NCBI GenBank assembly: GCA_964016885.1
Contig: OZ024756.1
Span: forward strand, 32,488,001 to 32,552,000
Source: Eledone cirrhosa
Taxonomy: Eukaryota
DNA length: 64,000 bases
Reading direction: 5' to 3'
Made by a program: the position numbers and the translations under genes. Positions 12,446 through 27,059 of this stretch are shown here, in pieces; positions within the stretch are counted from its first letter, which is position 1; each line of letters starts with the position of its first letter. Below the pieces are notes generated by a model. It made no database searches and had not been told where the DNA came from. It saw nothing but the letters and a program-made list of their open reading frames with translations.

Positions 12446-13701
12446 TATCTTCCATGCATCATTACTCTCTCTTTCAATGCATATAATCTGTTGCTTCCTC
12501 TGAACTGCGGACGTGCAGATAATTCTTTCTTTGACTTATGTTTGTTGTTTTATCTAGCACCGAATGTATATGACTTAATATATCTTTCATACAGAGATTG
12601 TTCCACATTCATTTTTTTTTGTATCAATTATATAAATATTAGTCGCGCCATCTTTATGTATTTTCTCTGCTGCACCTCATTATTTTCTATTTGTTATTAT
12701 TCACTCCCATGATACCTATTATTATTCAGAGGATTATATTATGCTTTCAATCTCCATATCGTTGGACATATTTTTATTTCCTTTTCTTTTTCATGTTTTA
12801 TATATTATATGTGTTCGTACTTTCCCCTTTCCGTTCATTTTGTCGAAGGTTTAATTACGAAATAGTCTTCTCTCCCAATTACTCCATTTTCCACATGTTA
12901 TGCTTTGTTTCCAGATTAAGACCCCTGGCTCTCACAGTTTTCACTTTGTCATGTGTTTGATTACGAAGTATTTGTAACTTATTTCCTAAGCTTTTTTTGT
13001 TTTTCGAAGTTTTCCCCCTCCTCCATTTTCTCGTGTATTTGATAACGAAATATTTCTCTTTTCCCTCGATGGTCTGTCTGACAATAAATGTGTGGGCGAT
13101 TCCATTTACTCTCCTAGTTTGAGTGATTTAACATGTCTCACAAAGTCTGATCACTTTTTTTTTATATTCACTGGGAACCCCTGTCGTGTGTGCACGCAGC
13201 ATATCTATTCTATCCGTCAAACGTAACTACGACACGGTGGCAAGTGTGCAAATGTACAAAACTTCAATATTTGGTTATGTCTCTCTCTCTCTCTCTACAT
13301 ATATATATATATTCTCTTGGGAAGAGAGGTTAGATTGAGAAGAAGCACAAAGTAGTTCTGCTTTTAATTTACTTTCTAATAATTTATATTATTGTTTCTA
13401 CCATTGTTTATTCATATTATACACAGACGTCGTTACCTGAGTTTCTATTTTATAACATGTCCCTTCCCCAAAGACGAAACATTAGTTTTAGTCATGTCTT
13501 TGTTCATGATTTATAACTGTTTGACGTAGTGTTTTTCGTATGTACTTTTTTATAATTTTAACGTATGCCCAAGCCGATTGCATTGCTTGGCTAATATGTA
13601 ATGACTGGTTCTATTCCAATACAAGGTGGCTTAAAGACTAATATTCTATCACTGCCACATATTCGCCAATTCCTGAGTGGGATCTGTTAGACGGAAATTG
13701 G

Positions 13702-13741
<40 letters not shown>

Positions 13742-14144
13742 TAAAGGTAGGGAAATTAAGAGAGAGAAGACAAAACCACGAACGAAAGCAAAGCAAAACA
13801 AAAAGAAATTATGTGAAATGGAAAATTTCAAAATTTTCTTTTTTTACTAGAATGTAAACTAATCTCAAGTAGACTCATGCTAGCCACACATCAAGGAAAA
13901 GTGAAACGCAATCCGACCAAAGACCCCACCCACAAAACTAAGGCATTAGCAATAAATTAAGTTGAACCGTGTTCTTCAAAACCATATACCAGCCCTCTCC
14001 GCCAAATACAGACACAGACACATTTACACAATCACACACTCACACACACACACACAGACTCAGACTCACTCACACATACATACACACACACAAACATGTA
14101 GACACATAAACACATTCACACACACACACGCACACATTCACACA

Positions 14145-14202
<58 letters not shown>

Positions 14203-14285
14203 AGATGTAAGAGTGTAAATATCAATACCGTGAAGGAATGTACGACGCTGTTGTGTTTCAGTAAATAACTGCCTTGTGGGGGTCC

Positions 14286-14397
<112 letters not shown>

Positions 14398-14704
14398 CTC
14401 AGTGTGTGGATGTTTGGTGAATCTGCTGTATGTGTGTCAAGGCAATTATGTGTAGGAACAACACCGCCATTGCTACCAATCAGTGTATAAATGAACCACA
14501 TGTAAGAACGTTGTACGAGGTCAGGCGAATTAAAACTAATTTATCAATGAATAACATTTACTGTTTCCGCTAAGCTTTTTACATTCTTTGTCCTCCATTA
14601 TCCATCACGTACACACTTACGTACGCGTAAAAACGCTTACATTATACCAATGATAACTACAGAAAAATATTGTGTGTATATGTATGTGTGTATATATATA
14701 TATA

Positions 14705-14901
14705 TATAATATATAAGATCAAAAGATAGTTAAAAGAGTTCCATGTATTTTATTATGCTCATTTCATGGAACTCTTTTCATGGAACTCTTTTAACCATCT
14801 GTTGATCTTATATATTATGTATACTCCAGTCCTACAAACTGTAGAGTGCATCTTATCCGATATCTGCATTGTTTTATTGTACTACAATAAAACTCACCTC
14901 C

Positions 14902-14905
<4 letters not shown>
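14705..14905. mobile_element. Family E fold-back element retaining only the 3' half of the hammerhead
   Basis: Inverted arms atataagatc...aaaagagttccatg / catggaactcttttaaccatc-gttgatcttatat; minus strand has GAAATGAGCATA-ataaaata; same ends as 41898-42061. Confidence 0.65.
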
Positions 14906-14937
<32 letters not shown>

Positions 14938-15318
14938 AATATATGAGAGAGAGAGAGACATATATTCAAAGAGAGATGGGAGAAGATGAGGGGCGAGTTA
15001 AACGACGAGAGTGTGCAGAAAAAGAGTATACAGTGAAGAAAAGAAGCAGTAGAGATGAGAGATCGAGGAAACCAGGACAGGAAGCCTAAACATTGTGTAG
15101 CTGTATGCCTGTACACCAGTCTGTCTATGATTCTATATATTTATACATTTATGTATATATATATATATATATGTCAAAGTCCAGTTTTTTTAAATCTCTC
15201 TCTTTCTCTGCTACCTCGAAAGCAATCATACAATAGACATGTATACGTAAATTCACACACAAACAGATGATTAATTACATTTACAGACACTATTTCAATA
15301 TATATATATACACGCATA

Positions 15319-15671
15319 TGTAGCGAAGATACTGGGTTGTATGAATGTACCAAGGAATACATTGTTTGTGTAGATAATATTTAATTAACAATGGTAGATA
15401 GTATAATTGACATGTCAAAGAAATAGATGATAGAATGAAACAAAGTAGGTCGTTACCGTTTTGATTGCCAGGCAAACGCGGCTGGCACAGGACGCCTGGC
15501 TAAGGCCAGGCGCCGGAAGGCAAAATGAGAGGCTCTTGGCCTGGTGCCGAAAGGGCAATGAGAGAGTGAGAACTTAAAGTTGTTAGTTTTATAGGGTTCT
15601 GACCGGAAGTTACAGAAAGGGTTCTACTTCCCGTCTAGATGTTAATCCAAACAAGGGAGACAACCGCTACA
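15319..15671 (-). mobile_element. Solo LTR (Gypsy-like)
   Basis: TGTAGCG...CGCTACA inverted termini, 4-bp TSD CATA on both sides, minus-strand TATAAAA (~15590) and ATTAAA (~15380). Confidence 0.75.
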
Positions 15672-15881
15672 CATATATATTTGTTGTGTGGCCGAACTCG
15701 AGTTCGGGAACAATTGAAGGTACCCGTTTACGTATGTTGCATTGAAGCGAATAACTATGTATATACTCTCGGAGTTTATTTAATATTACCTATTCAGTAC
15801 GCTGAGATGCAACCGGTCCTAGCAATGATATCTATACTAGTTCCGTCAACTTATTATATATTTATACATACATACATATAT

Positions 15882-16185
15882 ACGTGGAGAAATATATATA
15901 AAGGAGGACAAACCGTTAAAACGTGTTTATTTAAAATAGCACCTACGTACGTTTCGCTCGAAAGGGCTTCTCAAGGGCGTTAACTCCCTTGACCTACTGC
16001 AAAATCAATACATGTTTTGTTACGAAGAATGAACTATGACGTGAACTTATTTCTAAAAACCCATTCCGGGTCATGTAAGGAACGCTTTTTAGTTGTTATG
16101 CCATTGAGAAGCCCTTTCGGGTAGGTGCTATTTTAAATAAACAGGTTTTAACGGTTAGTTTTCCTTTATATATAATTCTCCACGT
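15882..16185. mobile_element. Family C fold-back element with U3:A8 variant hammerhead motif
   Basis: ~95-bp inverted arms; minus strand TTGAGAA-gccctttcgagc-GAAA-CGTACG-TA-ggtgc (15939-15980); + arm lacks the GAAAC segment. Confidence 0.6.
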
Positions 16186-16343
16186 GTATCCGCTCTGCTG
16201 ATTTTCTCGCCCACTAGATATTAACACTTCTAATATTTAAGACTGCAGGCACACGCATTAAGCACCCTTTGCATATGCTATTGGCAAATAACTACATGTA
16301 TCGCCTATTTCTTCTTCTTCTCTCTCTCGATACTTAATTACTC

Positions 16344-16429
<86 letters not shown>

Positions 16430-16547
16430 CAAGGTATACGAAACACCACCAGTTGACTGTTGGAAAACGGGAAATATGCATTCGGCCTTTTCCATCGACC
16501 TTTCATAACACTACTGTATAAATTCTCTCATATACATATATATATAG

Positions 16548-16612
<65 letters not shown>

Positions 16613-17018
16613 CTAATATATACGACGTAGAAACAAGCTGATGAAACCCTTGCTACTACTACACGTTACGTCACTTTTCTACTTTTCAATCTATCTATGT
16701 AGAGAAAATATTCTCACAAACCAACTGTAGTTAATGTCCTCCTTTAATTTGTCATGAAAATCATTGATTATTTTTTTTCTTCAATGTTTTCACCTTAAAT
16801 ATTCAATCCGCTCTTTCAGACATATTGTCTTCACAGTTTAACTGCGATACTTTCGAGATTTCTTGTAACTAAAACAAAGTTTCAACTAATTGATGTGTAA
16901 TTAGATTTTAACAAGACATTATGCCATTTAATAGCTTTCACAGATAATTCTCTAACGGTTACCGTGGTGTTAGTATATTACATTACAAACCACATACCTA
17001 TATATGTATATATTCGTG

Positions 17019-17050
<32 letters not shown>

Positions 17051-17077
17051 ATGCCTGCCTGTAAATTACTCTTTATT

Positions 17078-17132
<55 letters not shown>

Positions 17133-17133
17133 A

Positions 17134-17171
<38 letters not shown>

Positions 17172-17806
17172 AAAGAGAGAAACGTTTTGCATTGAGAACG
17201 TACGTGCAAGTCTAGTTTTATTATGTTGTTCAAACGAAATAAAACTTTCATTATTACAGCTATGTTAGATTTAATTGCAATTATATGTGTGTATATGTGC
17301 ATGTGCAGCCCTGTATGTATGTGTGTGTGTGATTATATGGCAACTACGAATCCCTATATGCAAGCAAAATAGAAAAGGGAGAAAACTCAATTTCACCGAA
17401 CTTTGCGCCTTACACCAATTACGTGTAGAATAATTGGTGAATCACATTAATTGCCGAAAGTAATTTTGCTGTGTGTGCGTGCGTGCGTGTGTGCATGTAT
17501 GTGTGTGTGTGGGGGGGGGGGGAGCACTAGTGGTTAAATCGTTCAATTGGCAACCATGCTGTTAAATGTTCGGTGCTGCTGTGCCGCACGAAGAGTAAGT
17601 GCCTTATAATTTACACAAATTTTTGCTTGACCAAAACCCCATAGACGGGAATTTCAAAAGGTCTTCTATATATCTGCAAAACTGGGGATTGGGTTAAAGA
17701 ATACGAAATATGGACAGTAACATCTAAATCAACTTTTGGTGATCCCTATAATTTCCTTGCTTCTTGGTTCATACGATTTGTTTCAATGTACATTGTGATG
17801 CATATA

Positions 17807-17843
<37 letters not shown>

Positions 17844-17844
17844 C

Positions 17845-17914
<70 letters not shown>

Positions 17915-18091
17915 TGGAGAGGTATTCATACACCATCAGAGACGAGCTTACATGTTGAAGCATGTCTGAGGATCTTTCGATTCCAGAGTTAGGTTCAATC
18001 TGTAATATATCGTTCCTCGAGCTGATCGGCAATGGAACATATGTAATATGTTATGATACAACATTCATTGTTTGTTTCTTTATTCTTACAC

Positions 18092-18130
<39 letters not shown>

Positions 18131-18533
18131 ATATATATATAATATGTGTGTATGTGTGTGTTCGTGCATATCAGTGTGTGTTTAGGTCTCGTATTCTCGC
18201 AGTTCAATAGGAGAGGGATCAATATAATACGCAGTTCAATAGGAGAGGGATCAATATAATATGCAGAAACTTAAATATATATATGTTCTTGGGTCCACAA
18301 GATCAACTAGCGATTTCCCCAGCATGGCCGGGACCCGAGTTCTGAACCAAGTATAAAGGCATATATATATATATATATACACATATATGTATATATAGTC
18401 ATTATTACCATATAGGTCCGACGAGCTTTTGATTGCAGAGTCCGGCTAGATCGATACAGATCGAACCATCAGCTGCTCAGTAGGCAAATGCGCGTTACCA
18501 ACCAATAAACGTAATGAAGGAGTAACCATTCGT

Positions 18534-18857
18534 TCTTCAAATCAGGCCGAAGTTGACTTTGCCTTTTATCCTTACGGGATCGATAAAATAAAGTACCAGT
18601 AATGTACTGGTAATTGCTGGCCTTGTGCCTAAAGTAGAAACAATTATTGTAATATACAAGTGCGGTGAATTGGCAGTATCGGTAGAGGGCCGGACGCCAT
18701 GCTTTGCAGCATAGAGTTACATCGATTTACGTTCAGAGTTCAAATCCCGCCGAGGTTAACTTTTCCTTTCATCCTTACGAGGTCGATAGAATAAAGTACC
18801 AGTAATACACTGGGATAATTGCAGGCCTTGTGCCAAAAGTAGAAACAATTATTGTAA
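18534..18857 (+). mobile_element. Two tandem SINE family 1 copies
   Basis: Partial copy followed by a full copy; both end agtagaaacaattattgtaatataca. Confidence 0.85.
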
Positions 18858-18883
18858 TATACAGATACATATATATATACAAA

Positions 18884-19093
18884 GAACGAGTAGGACCCCG
18901 ACGGCTGAGCTCAAGCCGTTTCGACGGCTAATTCTGGACTAAAAAAAGTTTTTTAGTCCAGAATTAGCCGTCGAAACGGCTTGAGCTCAGCCGTCGGGGT
19001 CCTACTCGTTCCTATTACCCACTCTACTACCCTAAGTATTGAGTACTTTGGTGCGTTATGGTCCATCTGGTTCCTTACGACATTTCCTTCGTT
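18884..19093. mobile_element. Family D near-perfect palindromic element with 3' half of a hammerhead
   Basis: Palindrome 18884-19011 plus unique tail; GAAACGGCT-tgagctc-AGCCGTC; second copy at 39077-39266. Confidence 0.7.
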
Positions 19094-19095
19094 AT

Positions 19096-19181
<86 letters not shown>

Positions 19182-19526
19182 CCAACAAGCCGAAATGCCG
19201 ACATAAGTCCTGGCTATTTATGTACATATACTGATGTCTCTTTGGCTCCACCTTTCTCCACACTTACATACACAAAGACATGTAATAGTTTGTTTTATTT
19301 ATCTATTTGCAAATTTTCAAAATGATTTTGAATGTTATTGAAACATGTATGACATCATAAAACCATGATTTAAGAAAAATAACGGGCTGATTCTTTATGA
19401 TTGTGGCGGTTAAAGTTAACCATAATCGTTATTAAAATTTTAAATTTAATTACAGGATATAATGTTTCATGAGAAAATCATATTTATAACCGACGGGAAT
19501 GAATTTAATAAATAAATAAATGTATG

Positions 19527-19560
<34 letters not shown>

Positions 19561-20306
19561 TGTATGTATGTATGTATGTATCTATGTATGTATGTATGTA
19601 TGTATGTATGTATGTATGTATGTATGTATGTATGCATGCATGCATATTGAAACTCATTTCTGTTCAAAAGCAATGTTTTGGGTTATGAATATTAAATAAC
19701 AATTTAACTCTACTGAATAAAACATAAATATTTATTTATTTGTGAAAAGTTATAATTAAGTGTTATTTCTATTGAATAATTCAATATCTATGATGAGTGT
19801 GAAGGAATATCCATGATGCGAAAATAGGGTGAAGTGCACAATCCATACAACTAATTTAAATATTAAATAATATACAATTCCAAACATTTTCACTATTTTT
19901 TATAAAGTGAAAGTAAAATCTACTTAATATAAAATAATATGCTAATAACGAGGACTATATGAGTACTCAATAGGTTGTAATATATTGTAAATTGTTTCAT
20001 GAGCGTTGAACTAGCTAAACGGGGTTTTCATCACTAGTGAATAAAATGATGGATAAAATGGTGAATACCCATTCAGCAATTTACATTAAAAATCATGGAG
20101 TCTACATTAAAATATCATTTTACCTAGAAATATTTTATAAAGGAAACTGTCTAAATAGTGGATAGCATAATAAATGTTTGGTTGGTAGAGTCCATAACAA
20201 CAATCAAACCCCTTTTGTAGCTCTGAAGAATCCTACGGTTACGTAAGGAAGAAACATTGTAAGCCAATAAAAATCTTTTGATGTTGTAGACGCTCTTGTG
20301 TTCTTT

Positions 20307-20925
<619 letters not shown>

Positions 20926-21178
20926 AGAGAGAGAGCGAGAGTTTTTTCCTTCTCCGTCACTATACTGTAAACTAATGATTGGATTTTTCGTTGGAAATCT
21001 GCAAGAAACGACGCTATTGTACACACAATATTAAATATATAATAAAAGAACAACGAAATACAGACATTTTGGATTAAATTGCGGCAAGTACGAGGAAACC
21101 CAGAATATCTTCAAAATGCAATAAATCATATCAAAATTAATAGATATATATTTACAGTTTGTAGTATATACTGCTTAC

Positions 21179-21239
21179 GTTTAGACAGTGATGGATGAGG
21201 TCCTCTTTCTTTCCTTTCCAAAAACCCTGTAAAATATAC
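21179..21239 (-). CDS. Candidate 61-nt coding exon (VYFTGFLERKERGPHPSLSK)
   Basis: tatttcAG acceptor, C|GTAAGC donor; ends in phase 1, compatible with exon 3449-3656; VYFTG resembles a YWTD motif. Confidence 0.35.
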
Positions 21240-21439
21240 CTGAAATATTTACATCTCATACATACACACACACACATATATAGCTTTCTATGTTAATGTA
21301 TTAAGTATATATATATGTATATGTAAATTAATATATAAATGTATATTATATATATATATATTTAATATTGACACAGAAATATATAGATATATAGATCTCT
21401 CTAAATATATGTCAATATTATATATATATATATATATAT

Positions 21440-21625
21440 AATTGTTTCTTTTTGGCACAAGGCCAGCAGTTATTCCAGTGTATTACTGGTACTTTATTTT
21501 ATCGACCCAGTAAGGATAAAAGGCAAAGTTAACTTCGGCGGAATTTGAACTCAGTCCGTAAAGGGAAGTAACTCTTTGCTGCAAAGCACGGCGTCCGACC
21601 CTCTACCGATACTGCCAATCCACCG
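21440..21625 (-). mobile_element. SINE family 1
   Basis: Full-length reverse-complement copy. Confidence 0.88.
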
Positions 21626-21794
21626 ATAAGTATATATACTATAAATATATATATGAGAGAGGGGAAGAGAGAGAGGAAATCGTGTGTATGGGAGTATGCT
21701 TTGAAAACAAGTTTAGGAAAATGTCTCATGTTTTTATTTTCTATATTTCCATTTTTTTATACTCTCTCATTTGGTGTTATTATTATTATTAAAT

Positions 21795-22288
21795 GGCGGT
21801 GGATTGGCAGTATCGGTAGAGGTTCGAATGCCATGCTTTGACGCATAGAGTTACGGCCCTTGCCATTCTGAGTTCAAATCCCGCCGAGGTTAACTTTGCC
21901 TTTCATCCTTACGGGGTCGATAAAATAAAGTACCAGTAATGTACTGGGTAATTTTCTGGCCTTGTGCCAATAGTAGAAACAATTATTATTATTAAATAAA
22001 GTACCAGTAATGCACTGGGTATTTGCTGGCCTTGTGCCAAAAGTAGAAACAATTATTATTATTAGATAAATAAATAAAGAAAGAAAGAAATCATTATTAT
22101 TATTGGCAGTATCGGTAGAGAGTCGGACCCCATGCTTTGAAGCATAGAGTTACGTCCCTTTATGATCTGAGTTCAAATCTCTCCGAGGTAAACTTTGCCT
22201 TTCATCCTTACGGGGTCGATAAAATAAAGTACCAGTAATAGAGTGGGTAATTGCTGGCCTTGTGCCAAAAGTAGAAACAATTATTATG
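21795..22288 (+). mobile_element. SINE family 1 cluster (full copy, duplicated tail, full copy)
   Basis: ggcggtggattggcagtatcggtagag...gttcaaatcccgccgaggttaactttgcctttcatccttacggggtcgataaaataaagtaccag...agtagaaacaattattatt. Confidence 0.9.
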
Positions 22289-22958
22289 TTTTGCTACTAG
22301 TCTAGGGTCTACTAGTTTAGGGTTTGGCAATTAGTCTCTCTAATCGAAGAGTTAGAACTGACTCACAAGGCCACATTCTAACCATCTTGTTATACAGACA
22401 TATATCATATACATTATTAATGTGTTTGCGTAATTTAACATTTTAAGTTAACTGAAATACAAAATAGAAAGTGGACGTCGTAGTCATTAAATAGGTAAGA
22501 TGCAGCAAACTTTGTGAAATATTGATTTCTACTCTAGACACAAGGCCAGTATTTTAGAAGAGGGAAACTTGATTATATCGACCGCTGTATTTGAGCGGTA
22601 CATCATTTGTTCATCTCCCAGTTTTAAACTCCCAGAAAAACGAGAGATCAAATTTACATAAGCAAAATTTGAACCCAGATAGTAAAGGATAGTGAAAAAT
22701 TGCGAGGAATACCACAGAATGGAACAAACCATAAATGTTTAAAATATACACAATTACATCGCATATAATTATGTGTAACAGAAGGAAAGAGTTATTTAAC
22801 GAGTAAAAGAGAGAGAAGTGGAAGGGGGAGGGAGCTTAATGGCGGTTGTTTCAAATGCTATATATAATAAGACTGTTTTTGCATCTCTGTGTGTCTTGTT
22901 CATTTTTGAACTATATACATACATATCGACACACACACACACACACATATATATATGT

Positions 22959-22997
<39 letters not shown>

Positions 22998-23108
22998 ATG
23001 AGAAAATAAGGGGTTTTTTAATTTAAAAAAAAACAAAAGAAAAATGAGATGTCCTCCACGGGAGAGAGTATAAGGAAAATGAATCGAAAATGCACATGGA
23101 GTCTTGTC

Positions 23109-23285
23109 AAGAATAATTATTTATTTCCTTTATCGGTTTCACATTTCGTATGCGTTTCAAAAGTAAAATTGAGATGAGGGGTTTGTATGGGAGACAAACC
23201 ACAAAACCTCCATCCCAATTTTACTTTCGAAAAGCATAAGAAATGTGAAACCGGTAAACGGTAAAGGAAATAAATAAATATTCTT
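23109..23285. mobile_element. Family F fold-back element with U3:A8 variant hammerhead in both arms
   Basis: Two-arm consensus tttactt-TTGAAAA-gcat-a(a/c)gaa-atgt-GAAA-CCGG-TA-aaggaaa; each arm carries different substitutions. Confidence 0.6.
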
Positions 23286-23342
23286 AAAAACACTTTAGTT
23301 GCATTTTCAATTTCTCTCCCTTATATGTATATATATGTATAC

Positions 23343-23404
<62 letters not shown>

Positions 23405-23837
23405 TAAAGAAAACGAAAAATCAGTGATGCATCTGGACTCAATTTATTGCGTGTTACAATTGTTTCGCAGGCAGGTAGCTTGAGACATAGTCCCTGTAGG
23501 AATCTGGTTGATTTTACGGCTGCAGGTTCCTTCAGACACGGGTATTTCGTTCGGAGCAAATTTTATCACTGGGGTGTTATCATCAAAAAAGACCCTCAAA
23601 AAACCTCTTCCACTCTTGTCATGCTATTGGCTGTTGTTACTCCACGTCATCTTAAGTTCTGGTCAGTATTTACTGCTACACGGGTCATCAGCCATTTTTC
23701 CGTCCGACACACTTCAATGGAGTCATGCTAGGTTCAGTATCACACACCTCTGTTCACAGTCCAGAGGAAGCACACACACACACGAATACACACAGGCATA
23801 TACCCACACAGGCAGACACAAGTATATATATATATAT

Positions 23838-24142
23838 AAAACATGAGAAGAATGAATACTGCGTGGTTGCACATGGGTTACATATGGTAAACATAGTCCT
23901 TCATCAGTGATTTTCCAACCTTCATTGGTATTTCATCGCTTTAAAAAATCATATACCTCCAGTTGGTGCGAGCAATAGCTAAATAAAGCTATTGGGACAA
24001 GTAAATCGCGTAAAGCGAGCGAGACAAGTAAACAAACATAGAAGGATAGGAACGCAAAGATGGGAAAAAACAAGCACATGGGAGTCCGATCAGCTTAAGC
24101 TGTGTGGATTTCATGGGCGAGAGACAACAGACCGTCCGCCGC
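23838..24142. mobile_element. Family H (TA)n-anchored dispersed repeat
   Basis: Begins (TA)n-AAAACATGAGAAG; homologous to 34997-35705 and 36825-36914. Confidence 0.75.
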
Positions 24143-24489
24143 ATATATATATATATATATATATAATTACTTTAGTAGCCTTTAAAATATGACATATAAT
24201 ACATCGTTGTTTGGCAATGTCTCCAATGCTTATCGTTTCAAGTCACACACACACAAACTCAGACATAAGCGCATGCAATTATGTACATGCACATACATGC
24301 AAACAACAAGACATCCATGCACATACAATTACACGCAAACATCAAGACATATATGCACACTTACAGATATATACATAGATATATACACATATATATACAC
24401 AGGAATAAATATCAATCAACGAATGTTATCTCAAAGTTGTGGATTTCTATGTAATCTACTTTGCCAATCATCTATCGTTCTTTCTTCCT

Positions 24490-24770
24490 CCCTCACACCA
24501 TCTTTCACCCACTCTCTCTCCTCTATCCCCCGCTCACTCCATCTTTCACCCACTCTCTCTCCTCTCCCCCCCCCCCACCTCACTCCATCTTTCACCCCCA
24601 CTCTCTCCTCTATCCCCCCCTCACTCCATCTTTCACCCACTCTCTCTCCTCTATCCCCCCTCACTCCATCTTTCACCCACTCTCTCTCCTCTATCCCCCC
24701 TCACTCCATCTTTCACCCACTCTCTCTCCTCTCTTCTTCCCTCACTCCATCTTTCACCCACTCCTTCTCC
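24490..24770. repeat. ~39-bp pyrimidine-rich minisatellite, followed by (CT)/(CA) low complexity to ~25860
   Basis: ctcactccatctttcacccactctctctcctctatcccc repeated about 7 times. Confidence 0.9.
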
Positions 24771-26338
24771 GTATTTCTTATACCTCTGTACCTCTCGTTT
24801 TCACTCATTCTCTTTCTCTATCTATCTCTCCCGACCTTACCCTGTAACACTGTTACTCTCTTTGAATCCACCTCTCTCTCTATCTCTTCCCCCTCCTCTA
24901 TCACATTCCCCCTTTATAACTCCATCCCCCTCTCTTTATGACTCCCTATCTTTCTCCACCTATCTCTTTCCCTCTCTATAACTCCATTTCCCCCCACCCC
25001 CTCTCTCTCCACAACTCCAACTCTCATTTCTCACTTTCACTCTCACTGTCTCACTCACTCCCCCGCTCTTACTCTTCCCCTCTCTTACACTTCCTCTCAC
25101 TTACTCTTCCTTTCTCTTCCTCTTTCTTTTTCTTTCTTTCTCTCTCTTTCTTTCTCTTTCTTTCTCTTTCTTTCACACACTCTCTCTGTCACACTCTCTC
25201 TCACGCTCTCTCTCTCACTGTCTCCCTCAATCCCCCTCTCTTACTCTTCCTCTCTCTTTCTTTCTCTTTCTTCCTCTCTTTCTTTCTATTTCCTTCTCTC
25301 ACATTCCCTTTCTCACACTCTCTCTGTCACAGACTCTCTCTCTCTCACAATCTCTCTCTCTCACTGTCTCTCTCACACACACTCATGCTCTCTCTCTCTC
25401 TCACTATATCTCTCTCTTGCTCGCTCTCCCCCACACACACACTCTCTCTCTTTCTCTCTCTCTCACACTCACTATCTCTCTCTCTCGTGCTCGCTCTCCC
25501 GCACATACACACACACACTCTCTCTCTTTCGCTTTCTCACACACACACTCTCTCTCTTTCTCTTTCTCACACACACACTTTCTCTCTTTCTCTTTCTCTC
25601 ACACACACTCTCTCTCTTTCTCTTTCTCTCTCTCTTTCTCTCTCACACGCTCTCTCTCTTTCTCTCACACACACACTCTCTCTCTTTCTCTTTCTCTCAC
25701 ACACACTCTCTCTCTCTCTCTTTCTCTCTCACACACTCTCTCTCTTTCTCTCTCACACACTCTCTCTCTTTCTCTCACACACACACTCTCTCTCTTTCTC
25801 TCTCACACACACTTTCTCTCTGTCTCTTTCTTTCACACACACACACTCTCTCTCTATCTCTTCTCAAACCATGTATTTAATCATATTTCAGCTTAATACC
25901 TTTTGACGAAAACATGCAAAAGAAAGAAAGAAAACACAATATATACACATTATTTACAAAATATACACACACTTATACACAAAATATATACACATTATAT
26001 ACAAAACATACACACATTATATAAAAAATATATACACATTACACACAAAATATACACACATTATATACAAAAAATATACACATTACACAAAATATATACA
26101 CTTATATACAAAATATATACAAACAGTACACAGAAATATATATAGAAAATATAGACAAACTATATATATGAAATATCTAAAAAAACATGTTCTGGAATCT
26201 TGTTATTAATTCTATGGAATGGTGAACAGTTCTGTCATAGCTTGGCACATGAATTTTATATATTTATATTGTGTATATATGGGTACATCTGGTATAGGTA
26301 TATGTGTCTTTGTTTATCTATCTGTATGTGTGTGTCTG

Positions 26339-26411
<73 letters not shown>

Positions 26412-26554
26412 GTGTGTGTGTGTGTGAGTGTGTCTCTATTTATAAACATATATATCTATCTAATCGTGAGAGTGATGTGTGTGCATACATATATATATAT
26501 ATATACATCTCTCACGTTTAGATAAATATACAAAAGTATATACACATTTCTCAC

Positions 26555-26591
<37 letters not shown>

Positions 26592-26684
26592 ATATATATA
26601 TACATATATATATATATATAATTGTATGTGTGTGTATAAATATATATATATATATATATATATAGTGTGAGATATGTGTGTGTT

Positions 26685-26748
<64 letters not shown>

Positions 26749-26836
26749 GCATATATTTGTGTGTGTGTGTATATAATATATATATATAATGTATATGTGT
26801 GTGTGTATATGATATATATAATGTATATATATATAT

Positions 26837-26900
<64 letters not shown>

Positions 26901-27059
26901 TGTTTGTGTGTGTGTGTTTTATTATTTTTTAATCTTTTCTCTTCACTGCTTCCAATTTTCAGCTAAAGTCTGTTTCAACAATAATAGATTAGAGTATCAA
27001 TGTACTATTGGCACGTTGTTTATCATGCAATGTTGAATAAAATGGCCGCTATATTTTTG

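Noticed and set aside
16638-16647. CTGATGAAAC resembling a hammerhead core
   Set aside because: No room for stem II; no helix III or stem I
23410-23760. Unique segment possibly from a decayed transposase
   Set aside because: Stops in all frames and no motif identifiable with confidence
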